This document shows, piece after piece, positions 50,040-60,412 of a stretch of 64,000 nt of DNA. The position numbers were made by a program, and so were the translations under genes. Position 1 is the stretch's first letter. The number at the start of each line of letters is the position of its first letter. Source of the stretch: Mustelus asterias (Eukaryota); the NCBI RefSeq assembly GCF_964213995.1, contig NW_027590163.1, positions 806,001 through 870,000 on the forward strand, read 5' to 3'. Under the pieces are notes generated by a model. That model was not told where the DNA came from, did not search any database, and saw only the letters and a program-made list of their open reading frames with translations.

Positions 50040-50490
50040 CTGCATTGTGACGTCACAATGGAGCCCTGCCTGAATCAGCCAATAGGAGTCACTCTGCTCC
50101 ACGGTGATGTCTCCGGGTTCCAGTGCGCAGGCCCGGGCGCGCGGACCCGGGAGCCCCGCCCCCATCCATTGTTCCCCATCCCCTTACACCTCCTTGAGTC
50201 AAGGTTTCCAGGCAACCGGCTGGCGGCTCCGGCCAGAACGAGAAGCCGCTCGGTGAGCTCCCCCTCCCCCTGGCCCGGGACTGCGCATGTGCGGGGGAGA
50301 GGGAAAGCTGCGCATGTGCGGGGGAGAACCCACCCTCTGATCTTCATGCTGAGGTGTTGACCAATGGGAATAGTTGGAGGACCGGAAGGATTCTGGTCTT
50401 CCGGCCAATCTGAGCGCAGGCTTTGTGTGAATGAAGATTGATCTTCAGACTGACTGAAACTTCCTCCTGTCACTAATATCTGTGAGTAAA
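50040..50490. promoter_or_regulatory. CpG promoter flanked by inverted repeats
   Basis: Palindrome cattgtgacgtcacaatg at 50043-50060; CCAAT boxes; tandem TGCGCATGTGCG; donor-like gtgagt at 50482. Confidence 0.65.
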
Positions 50491-50639
50491 ACACTTTCTT
50501 TTCTCCCCCTTTCCATTTCTTTTCTCATTCTGGGGGAAATTGGGGACTTGCAGCAACTGAAGGGAAAGGAATTGAATCCAGGGAGGGTGCAGACTCTGGA
50601 AAGGTTGGCCCAGGTCTCTCTCTCTCTCTTAAACCAGAA

Positions 50640-51830
50640 AATGATCAATTTCTGCCCATTGTTTGCTGTTAGCCAATCTTCTATCCACGCCAATATGTTC
50701 CCCCCGCAGCATGAATTTTTATTTGCTGCAATAACCTTTGATGTGGCACCTCATCAAATGTCTTCTGGAAATCTGAGTACAGCGCATCCACCGGTTTCCC
50801 TTTATCCAATTCCCGATGGGGAATTTTAGAAAATTGAACAACACATCAACTATCTCACTCTGTTAAGACCCGAGAATGAAGCCCAGCAGGACCCGAGGAC
50901 TCATCAGCCCACAGCTCCAACAGTTTGCTGAGGACCACTTCCCTGGGAATTGTGCTTTTTCAGAGTTCATCCCACACTTCTGTTTTCTGATTTCCAGCTG
51001 TTTCTGAGTTTTAACTGTATCCTCTATTGTGAACACCGAGGCAAAATACTTGCTCAATTCATCTCCCAGCTCCTTATTTTTCATTATCAATTCCTGGACT
51101 CACTTTCTATTAGACAGTTAAGAAATGAGGTGGAGCAAGTGACTGAAGTGTCAGTCGGGGAGCACTATTGGGAGCACCAATACTTTCAAAATAGTTCTGG
51201 AAAAAGATAGGACAGGTCCACAGGTCAAGGCCCTAAACTGGAGCAGGGCCACTTTTGTGGGCATTAGGCAGGATCGAGCAGATGTTGATTAGGTGAGTTT
51301 GTTTGAAGGGAAAGGAATGACTGGCAAATGGGAGGTTTTAAAAGTGTGATGGCAAGAGTCCAGGGGCAGTATATTCCTGTTAAGATGAAGAGAAAGAATG
51401 GTAAATTTAGGGATCTCTGGCAGACAAGGGACATTGAGGCTCTGGTCAGGTAAAAGAAGGAAGCATACATTGGGTTTAGGCAATCGGGGACAAGTGAATC
51501 ACTCTGACTATAAAAAGTGTAAGAAAATACTGAAGAGGGAAATCAGGAGGACAAAATGAGGGTCTGATATGGATCTGGCAGGTAAGATTAAAGAAAATTC
51601 CAAGAGGTTCTATCACGATATTAAGAGTAAAAGGGTGGCTAGAGAGAGAATAGATCCCCTTAAAAATCAGTATGGCCATCTGTGTGTGGAGCCACAGGAG
51701 ATGGGTGAGATTTTTAATGAATACTTCTCCTCTGTGTTTACTGCGGAGAGCACCATGAGTGCTAAAGAAATAAGGGAAACAAGTGGTGATGTCTTGGGCA
51801 CACGCACGTTACTTGGGAGGAGGCATCTGC
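50640..51830. mobile_element. Degenerate CR1 fragments (50640-51110 minus; 51160-51830 plus)
   Basis: ELGDELSKYFASVFT and KIKENSKRFY...FNEYFSSVFT motifs. Confidence 0.7.
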
Positions 51831-51837
51831 AGCCTTA

Positions 51838-52024
51838 TAAAAGCAAATTACTGCGGATGCTGGAATCTGAAACCAAGAGAGAAAATGCTGGAAAATCTCA
51901 GCAGGTCTGGCAGCATCTGCAAGGAGAAAAAAGAGCTGATGTTTCTTGTCTAGATGACCCTTTGTCAATGCTCTGGAACATCAGTTCTTTTCTCTCCATA
52001 CAGATGCTGCCAGACCTGCTGAGA
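51838..52024. mobile_element. Short hairpin element of the second hammerhead family, decayed; duplicated at ~63395-63580
   Basis: Arms ctcagcaggtctggcagcatctg and cagatgctgccagacctgctgag; minus-strand UUGACAA A GGGUC...GAAAC. Confidence 0.65.
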
Positions 52025-52159
52025 ATGGGGAGAGAGTGTGTGGGGTGGAGATTTACAGCTTTTGGGGAATGAGAGAGGAAAGAATGTTCCATAGAAATTG
52101 TCTGTTCTGAATTTCTATCCTGTACTGACACTGATGACTTTTGTAAACTCATTTTACAG

Positions 52160-52560
52160 GATATTGAAAGAGAAAACACAGGCCGAAATCTCAAACGTCA
52201 CGTCTCGATCAGACAGAGTCATATTCCTTGGGACCTCAATATCATCGGACTTTGAATCCAGAAGGAGAAGTGATTGTCCAGTCTGTCAATTTGAAAAGAT
52301 TTGAAATGTCAGTGAGAGTGAAAAAGCATCAATACACTGACACACTTGAGTGAGAGTGTTCCAATGCACTGACGAAAGAGCTTTAACCAGTTACACAGTC
52401 TGAATAAATATCACACCATTCACAGCGGGGAGAGACTGTAATCTTGTTCTGTGTGTGGACGAAGTTTCAACTAATTGTCCACCCAAGAGAGAGGTAAGGA
52501 CACCTGCACCATGGAGAAACCATGGAAATGTGTGGACTGTGGGAAGAGATACAGATACCC
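52160..52560 (+). pseudogene. ZF7, ZF exon truncated in finger 1
   Basis: Acceptor ttttacag|gatattg; fossil fingers; ATG at 52511 gives [17 protein letters not shown], then an abrupt junction to a promoter cassette. Confidence 0.8.
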
Positions 52561-52800
52561 GGTTGTGAACGTGCCCTCGTCATTCCACAGGAGCCTATTG
52601 CGCAGGCGCAGTGCTGTATCTGGAGCATCCGCAGTGTCACTTTGCTCGGAGTCCTGTGAATGGGGGAGACGCCTTTTTCAGTGGGTGAGTTGGTGGGGCT
52701 GCGGGAGAAATGTAGCCGGGAGTCGGGGTAGGGAGGGAGCTCTGGCTTCACAAACACCCGCTGTCGGCCGCACGGCCCGAATAGACCCTGCAGGTCCAGA
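52561..52800 (+). promoter_or_regulatory. Inverted partial type B cassette (putative ZF8 promoter)
   Basis: Reverse complement of ~40250-40490; TGCGCAGGCGCA at ~52599. Confidence 0.7.
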
Positions 52801-53378
52801 CATCTCTTCTCTCAGAGGATTTCTCTTCCACAGGGACCAGTGGAAGCTCAGGATCATTGAATATATTCCAGTTCGACAGATCTTTGACTGACAAGGGTGT
52901 CAAGGATTATGGGGAACAGACAAGAAGATGGAGCAAAAGCTAAGATGTGGGGGGATTTCTTCACTCAAGGATGTGGTAAATCTTTGGAATTCTCAATCCC
53001 TGAGGACCGTGAAACCTCAGTCATCAACTATTTTCAAGAGAGAGATTGATTGGTTTCTAGATATTGAAGATATCAAGGGATATGGGTTTAGTGTGGGGAG
53101 AATGATGCTGAGGTAGATGAACGAATTATCTCATTGAATAGTTTAAAAGACTCGATGGGCCAAATGGCCGACTACAGCTCCTATTTGTTCTGGTCTCTGT
53201 GTCCAGGACAGGAAGCAGTGAGCATGGATCTGTCAATCAGCCTCAATCAGCACCTTCAGGAGAATTGGGAGGGTGAATATTAGATACAGCAGAGTGAGAA
53301 TGGAGGGAGAGTGTGTGGGATGGAGATTTACAGCTTTTGGGGACTGAAATAGGAAAGAATGTTCCATAGAAACTAGAA

Positions 53379-54401
53379 CCATAGAAAATTACAGCTCAGA
53401 AACAGGCCTTTTGGCCCTTCTTGTCTGTGCCGAATCATTTTATGCCTCGTCCCACTGACCTGCACTTGGACCATATCCCTCCACACCCCTCTCCATGAAC
53501 CCGTCCAAGTTTTTCTTAAATGTTAAAAGCATTTAACTATTTTATTTGGCAGCTCATTCCACACTCCCACCACTCTCTGCGTGAAGAAGCCCCCCCTAAT
53601 ATTCCCTTTAAACTTTTCTCCTTTCACTCTTAACCCATGCCCTCTGGTTTTTTTCTCCCCGAGCCTCAGCGGAAAAAGCCTGCTTGCATTCACTCTATCT
53701 ATACCCATCAAAATCTTATACACCTCTATCAAATCTCCCCTCAATCTTCTACGCTCCAGGGAATAAAGTCGCAACCTATTCAATCTCTCTCTGTAACTCA
53801 GCTTCTCAAGTCCCAGCAACATCCTTGTGAACCTTCTCTGCACTCTTTCAACCTTATTAACATCCTTCCTGTAACTAGGTGAGCAAAACTGTACACAATA
53901 CTCCAGATTCGGCCTCACCAATGCCTTATATAACCTTACCATAACGCTCCAACTTTTATACTCGATACTCCGATTTATGAAGGCCAATGTACCAAAGACA
54001 CTCTTTACGACCCTATCCACCTGTGACATCACTTTTAGGGAATTCTGTACCTGTATTCCCAGATCCCTCTGTTCAACTGCACTCTTCAGAGTCCTACCAT
54101 TTACCCTGTACGTTCTTCTTTGGTTTGTCCTTCCAAAGTGCAATATCTCACACTTGTCTGCATTAAATTCCATTTGCCATTTTTCAGCCCATTTTTCTAG
54201 TTGGTCCAAATCCCTCTGCAAGCTTTGAAAACCTTCCTTACTGTCCACTACACCTCCAATCTTTGTATCATCAGCAAACTTGCTGATCCAATTGACCACA
54301 TTATCATCCAGATCATTGATATAGATGACAAACAACAATGGACCCAACACCGATCCCTGCGGCACACCACTAGTCACAGGCCTCCACTCAGAGAAGCAAT
54401 C
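53379..54401 (-). mobile_element. 5'-truncated CR1 in the ZF8 intron
   Basis: Open 284-aa RT C-terminal half (PQGSVLGP, FADD); TSD ctagaa at 53373-53378 and 54402-54407; empty site at ~32255 in the ZF5 paralog. Confidence 0.93.
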
Positions 54402-54804
54402 CTAGAACTGTCTGTTCTGAATTTCTATCCTGTACTGACACTGATGACTTTTGTAAACCCATTTTACAGGATATTGAAAGAGGAATCACAGGCCGAAATC
54501 TCAAACGTCGCGTCTAGATCTGACAGAGTCATATTCCTTGGGAGCTGAATATCATCGGACTTTGAATCCAGAAGCAGAAATGATTTGAAAAGATTTCAAA
54601 CATCAGTATGACTGGAAAAGTACCAACACTCTGCCACACTCGAGTGAGAGTGTTCCAGTGCACGGACTAAAGAGTTTCAACCAGTTCCACAGCCTGAATA
54701 AATATCACATCATTCACAGCGGGGAGAGACTGTACTTGTGTTGTGAGCGTGGACGAGGCTTCAACTGATTGTCCACCCAAGAAAGAGGCAAGGACACCTG
54801 CACC

Positions 54805-55479
54805 ATGGAGAAACCATGGAAATGTGGGGACTGTGGGAAGAGATACAGTTACCCATCAGAGCTGGAAGCTCATCGGCGCAGCCACACTGGGGAGAGGCCA
54901 TTCACCTGCTCGCAGTGTGAGAAGGGATTCATTCAGTCATCCAGCCTGCAGAGACACCAGCAAATTCACACTGGAGAGAGACTGTTCATCTGCTCTCAGT
55001 GTGGAAAGGGATTCACTCGGTCATCCCACCTGCAGACACACCAGCGAGTTCACACTGGAGAGAGACCGTTCACCTGCTCTCAGTGTGGGAAGGGATTCAC
55101 TCAGTTATCCAGCCTGCAGACACACCAGCGAGTTCACACTGGGGAGAGGCCCTTCACCTGCTCTCAGTGTGGGGAGGGATTCACTTGTTCATCTAACCTG
55201 CAGGTGCACCAGCGAGTTCACACTGGGGAGAGGCCATTCACCTGCTCTCAGTGTGAGAAGGGATTCATTTGTTTATCCCGCCTGCGGAGGCACCAGCGAG
55301 TTCACACTGGGGAGAAACCATTCACCTGCTCTCAGTGTGGGAAGGGATTCACTGACTCATCCAGCCTGCGGATACACCAGCGAGTTCACACTGGGGAGAG
55401 GCCGTTCACCTGCTCTCAATGTGGGAAGGGATTCAGAGTTTCATCCCAGCTGCTGAGACACCAACAATTTCATGAGTGA
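54805..55479 (+). CDS. C2H2 ZF protein ZF8, 224 aa, 8 fingers
   Basis: accATG at 54805 ([12 protein letters not shown]), open to TGA; acceptor ttttacag|gatattg at ~54470. Confidence 0.9.
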   Translation: MEKPWKCGDCGKRYSYPSELEAHRRSHTGERPFTCSQCEKGFIQSSSLQRHQQIHTGERLFICSQCGKGFTRSSHLQTHQRVHTGERPFTCSQCGKGFTQLSSLQTHQRVHTGERPFTCSQCGEGFTCSSNLQVHQRVHTGERPFTCSQCEKGFICLSRLRRHQRVHTGEKPFTCSQCGKGFTDSSSLRIHQRVHTGERPFTCSQCGKGFRVSSQLLRHQQFHE

Positions 55480-55790
55480 TTCCAGAGGTTGGATTCTGCT
55501 GTTATTGTTTCTGCTCTCAATTACATCCAGGACTGCATTTTGTTCATTCTCACAGTTGGTCAATGGGGAGGGTCAGGGGGTTTCTTTCTGCTGGACTGGC
55601 CGGTCTCACGACTTTGCCTCCAGTGGGCTGATTCTCTTTGAGTCTTGTTGCGAATACCTGGTTTCAGATTTCACAAGGATCACAGAGTGACAGGATGTTA
55701 GGAGGTTATAGAGGTTTAGAACATGGAAACAGGCCCTTCGGCCCAACTTGTCCATGCTGCTCAGTTTTTACCACTAAGCTAGTCCCAAAA

Positions 55791-56137
55791 GGGGCGGCAC
55801 GGTGGCACAGTTGTTAGCACTGCTCCTTCACAGCTCCAGGGACCTGGGTTCAATTCCCGGCTTGGGTCACTGTCTGTGTGGAGTTTGCACATTCTCCTCG
55901 TGTTTGCGTGGGTTTCCTCCGGGTGCTCCGGTTTCCTCCCACAGTCCAAAGATGTGCGGGTTCGGTTGATTGGCCATGCTAAAAATTGCCCTTAGTGTCC
56001 TGAGATGCGTAGGTTAGAAGGATTAGTGGGTAAATATGTAGGGATATGGGGATAGGGCCTGGGTGGGATTGTGGTCGGTGCAGACTCGATGGGCCGAATG
56101 GCCTCTTTCTGTACTGTAGGGTTTCTATGTTTCTGTG
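55791..56137 (+). mobile_element. V-SINE inserted in a minus-strand CR1 3' end (~55705-56330)
   Basis: Full head, V-domain and tail. Confidence 0.9.
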
Positions 56138-56369
56138 TTAATTGCCCGTATTTTGCCCATATCCCTCCATACCCATCTTACCCATGTAACTGTCTAAATG
56201 CTTTTGAAAAGACAGTATTGTACCCGCCTCTACTACTGCCTCTGGCAACTCGTTCCAGACACTCACCACCACCTGAGTGAAAAACTGCCCCTCTGGACCC
56301 TTTTGTAACTCTCCCCTCTCACTTTAAACCTAAAACTAAGAACAAGGAATGTATCGATAAAATGATTAG

Positions 56370-56547
56370 AGAACAGAGCCAACGTTTCGAGTCTGGATGA
56401 CACTTCATATGAGCTGTTATGAAGGGTCATCCAGTATCAAAACATTAGCTATATTCTCTCTCCACAGATGCCGTCAGACCCGCTGAGATTTTCCAGCATT
56501 TTCTGTTTTTGTTTCAGATTCCAGCATCCGCAGTATTTTACTTTTAT
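56370..56547. mobile_element. 178-bp hairpin element (second hammerhead family) with a 14-bp TSD
   Basis: gataaaatgattag at 56356-56369 and 56548-56561; two opposed hammerhead-like remnants (gaagggtcatccag...aaac). Confidence 0.75.
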
Positions 56548-56931
56548 GATAAAATGATTAGTTCTGATTGGAATCCCCACGACCCTCCCGCAAGACAGGG
56601 GGAGTGATGGCAAAGGGAGAAAAAGGATAAGGATGATAAAGACTGCGTTCTGATTCTCGGTGCCCATGTAGTTTTAACAAAACGAGTGAACCAGTTTATA
56701 AAGAACAGAAGTTACCCATCGCTAACAAAAACTGATCAAATTAAAATAATTAGGTTGAGGAAGAGAACAAAAGAATTAATAGATGAAGTTTAAAATCAAC
56801 TTTGTTTTGCTGTTAGAGAAGTTTTTAAAAATTATGTAAAGTGATGTAACTGTGTAACAAGTGTTTTCTGTTCACTCCCCGCTTTAGGTCCTGTAGAAAA
56901 GTTAACCCTTTCAGCAGACAGTTGATTTCGT

Positions 56932-58192
56932 CATAGAGTCATAGAGGTTTACAGCATGGAAACGGGCCCTTTGGCCCAACTTGTCCATGCCGCCCCTTTT
57001 TTAACCCCTAAGTTAGTCCCAATTGCCCGCGTTTGGCCCATATCCCTCTATACCCATCTTACCCATGTAATGGTCCAAACACTTTTTAAGGTTGAACCCA
57101 CCTCTACTATTACTGCTAGCACGAGGGGACATAGCTTTAAATTGAGGGGTGAGAGTTCTTTACTAGAGAGTAGTAAGGGCGTGGAATGCCCTGCCTGCAG
57201 CAGTCGTGGACTCGTCAACATTAAGAGCATTCAAATGGTTATTGGATAAACATATGGATGATATTGGAATAGTGTAGATTAGAGGGGCTTTAGATTGGTT
57301 CCACTGGTCGGCGCAACATCGAGGGCCAAAGGGCCTGTACTGCGCTGTAATGTTTTATGTTCTATTACCTCTGGCAGCTTTTTCCAGACACTCATCACCC
57401 TCTGTTAGAAAGAAATGCCCCTCTGGACCCTTTTGTATCTCTCCCCTCTCTTAAACCTATGCTCTCTAGTTTTAGACTCCCCTACCTTTGGGAAAAGATG
57501 TTGACTATGTAGCTGATCTATGCTTCTCATTATTTTATAAACCTCTATAAGGTCATCCCTAAGCCTCCTACACTCCAGGGAAAAACGTCTCAGTCTATCC
57601 AGCCTCTCCTTATAACTCAAACCATCAAGTCCTGGTAGCATCCTTGTAAATCATTTCTGCACTCTTTCTAGTTTAATAATATCCTTTCCATAATAGGGTG
57701 ACCAGAACTGTACACAGTATTCCACATGTGGTCTTCCCAATGTCTTGTACAACTTCAACAAGACATTCCAACTCCTGTATTCAATGTTCTGACCGATGAA
57801 ACCAAGCATGCCGAATGCCTTCTTCACCACTCTGTCCATCTGTGACTCCACTTTCAAGGAGTTATGAACCTGTACCCCTCGATCTCTTTGTTCTTTAACT
57901 CTCCCCAACGCCCAACCATTAACCTGCCCAGGTTCGATCGACCAAAATGCATCACCTCGCATTTATCTAAATTAAACTCCATCTGCCATTCGTCAGCCCA
58001 TTGGCCCAATTGATCAAGATCCTGTTGCAATCCTAGATAACCTTCTTCACTGTCCACTATGCCACCAATCTTGGTGCCATCTGAAAACTTACGATCCATG
58101 CCTCCTACATTGTCATCCAAATCATTCTTATAAATGTCAAATAACAGTGGACCCAGCAGCGATCCCTGAGGCACCCCGCTGGTCACAGGCCT
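56932..58192 (-). mobile_element. 5'-truncated CR1 containing a nested plus-strand CR1 tail (57114-57361)
   Basis: SGVPQGSLLGP...RPHVEYCVQFWSP; nested piece has TSD ctattac (57107-57113, 57362-57368). Confidence 0.88.
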
Positions 58193-58928
58193 TCAGTAGG
58201 GCAGATGGACGGCTGAATCCCTTCCCACACACACAGCAGGTGAAGGGCCTCTCCCCAGTGTGAATTCTCTGGTGGTTCAATAGGGCAGATGGGCGGCTGA
58301 ATCCCTTCCCACACACACAGCAGGTGAATGGCCTCTCCCCAGTGTGAATTCTCTGGTGGTTCAATGGGGCAGATGGGCGGCTGAATCCCTTCCCACACAC
58401 ACAGCAGGTGAATGGCCTCTCCCCAGTGTGAGTATATTGGTGCTTTAGCAGATCCTTTTTGTTTTTAAAGCTCTTCTTACAGTCAGAACAATTAAAAAGT
58501 TTGTTGTCAGAGTGAATAAGTTGATGTGTCTGCAGGTGGGATGACTGAATGAATCCTTTCCCACACACAGAGCAGGTGAACGGTCTCTCCCCAGTGTGAA
58601 TGCGTTGGTGTGTCAGCAGATCTTTTTTGCATTTAAAACTCTTCTCACAGTCAGAACACGTAAACAGTTTCTCATCCGTGTGAACAAGTTGGTGTGTCAC
58701 AATGTGGGATGAGCGAGTGAATCCCTTCCCACACACAGGGCAGGTGAACAGCCTCTCCCCAGTGTGAACCTGTTGGTGTGTCAGAAGGTTGTATGAATGG
58801 GTGAATCCCTTCCCACAAACGGAGGAGGTGAACGGTCTCTCCCCAGTGTGACTGCACCAATGAACTTCCAGTTGTGATGGGAAACCGAATCCTTTCCCGC
58901 ACTCCACACATTTCCACGGTTTCTCCAT
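58137..58928 (-). pseudogene. ZF9, ZF ORF (8.5 fingers) truncated by CR1; may be translated as a 263-aa chimera
   Basis: MEKPWKCVECGK...; finger 2 lacks its first Cys; reads into CR1 sequence at ~58192. Confidence 0.75.
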
Positions 58929-59559
58929 GGTGCTGGTGCCCTTGTGTTTCTCCAGGTTGGATGATCAGTTGAAACCTCGTCCACACACACAACATACATG
59001 TAGATTCACCCTGCTGTGAACTGTGTGATGTTTTTTCAGGCTGTGGACGAGTTAAAGCTCTTTCCACAGCCAGTTCACTGGAACACTCTCAATCGGGTGT
59101 GTGTTTGTTCCAATGCTTTTCCGGTCACACTGATGTTTAAAGTCTTTACTGACAGACAGAAGAGTCAAACATTTCTCCTCCCGCATTCAAAGACCGATGA
59201 TATTCAGCTCCTAATGAACAAAATGACTTTGCCAGTCATGATGTTCGGTTTGAGTTTTCTGTCTGCCAATCCTCCACTTCCAATATCGTGTAAAAAAAAA
59301 TTTGGAAAAGTCATCACTGTCAGTCCGGAATAGAAATCCTGAACAGACAATTCTAGTTTCTCCGGAACATTTTTTCCTCTCTTGTTCCCCAAAATCTGTA
59401 AATCCCCATCCCACACACTCTCCCTCCTCCCTGGGCTTAAACCCATCTCACCATCTGTACCATTTCTTTCCTCCACTCCCAGTTTTCTCCCTCCCTCTCC
59501 TCTGTCTGTGTTCAGTTCTCCAGCTCCTGTCTGCAGACTGACAATAAAACCAATGGCTC

Positions 59560-60346
59560 TTATTGGGGGTGTTGGGGCCTCCAGAGGGTGTTTGTGAATC
59601 CTCCCCGCCCACCTCCCAGGGTTTCCTTCCTTCCCAGAGATCAGAGTCCTCATTGATTTGAGGCCAAACTGTAACCTCTTATTTATTGTCCCCCTCCCCC
59701 ATCCTCTGATGTGAACCATCCTCCAGTGGCTGAGCCAGGGTGGGGCCGTTAACCTGGGCCTGTTCCCGGGAGGGAGGGAGGGAGAAGCCCCGCAGCTGCA
59801 AACCAGGGAGCTGACAATGATTCTGAAGGGTTTGCGGATCCACAAAGTGTTTCCAAATCCTCCCAGCCACCGCCTAACGCTGACTCCGCTTCTCCGGGAC
59901 AAACAAGCGCCAAGGACAGCAATGACACTGCGCATGCTCCACATCACAATGCCCGGGGACTGATTGACGGCAGCTCCGGACCAATAGGAAGAGGGAACGG
60001 GACTGGAGGACCGAGCGTGAGCGGCTGGTCCTCCAACCAATCGGAGTGGATGAGGGGCGGGACCTGAAGCATGCGCAGTGCGGGTAATGGCGCGGACGGT
60101 CGGTTTTAACTCGGAAGCGAGATCAATACGAGGTAGAGGGCGGCGTGCGGGGAATGATAAATGTGGCGGGTGGGTGGAGAGACCTTGTAAACATGTTGTT
60201 CAAACCCAAACCCCGGAAATGAACTTCCCGGTCCCCCCCTTTGTACCCAATGGAGCGGCAGCTTGTAGTGTTAGACCCGGGCTGACTGCCGCCATTGAGG
60301 CTGCATGTGGGAGGCCGGCAGGGATTGTGATCGGAGAGTGAAGCCC
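59560..60346. promoter_or_regulatory. CpG promoter cassette (type A) between ZF9 (-) and ZF10 (+)
   Basis: Near-identical to 47900-48500 and, in reverse, to 3315-3620. Confidence 0.75.
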
Positions 60347-60412
60347 TGACGTCACAATGGAATGGGTGAGAGTGTGAGGTCACAATGGAATGGGTGAGAG
60401 TGTGACGTCACA

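Noticed and set aside
59204-60040. 278-aa ORF and similar ORFs over the CpG cassettes
   Set aside because: GC-rich, stop-poor sequence; frame not kept among copies; spans probable exon 1 and intron; no recognisable domain
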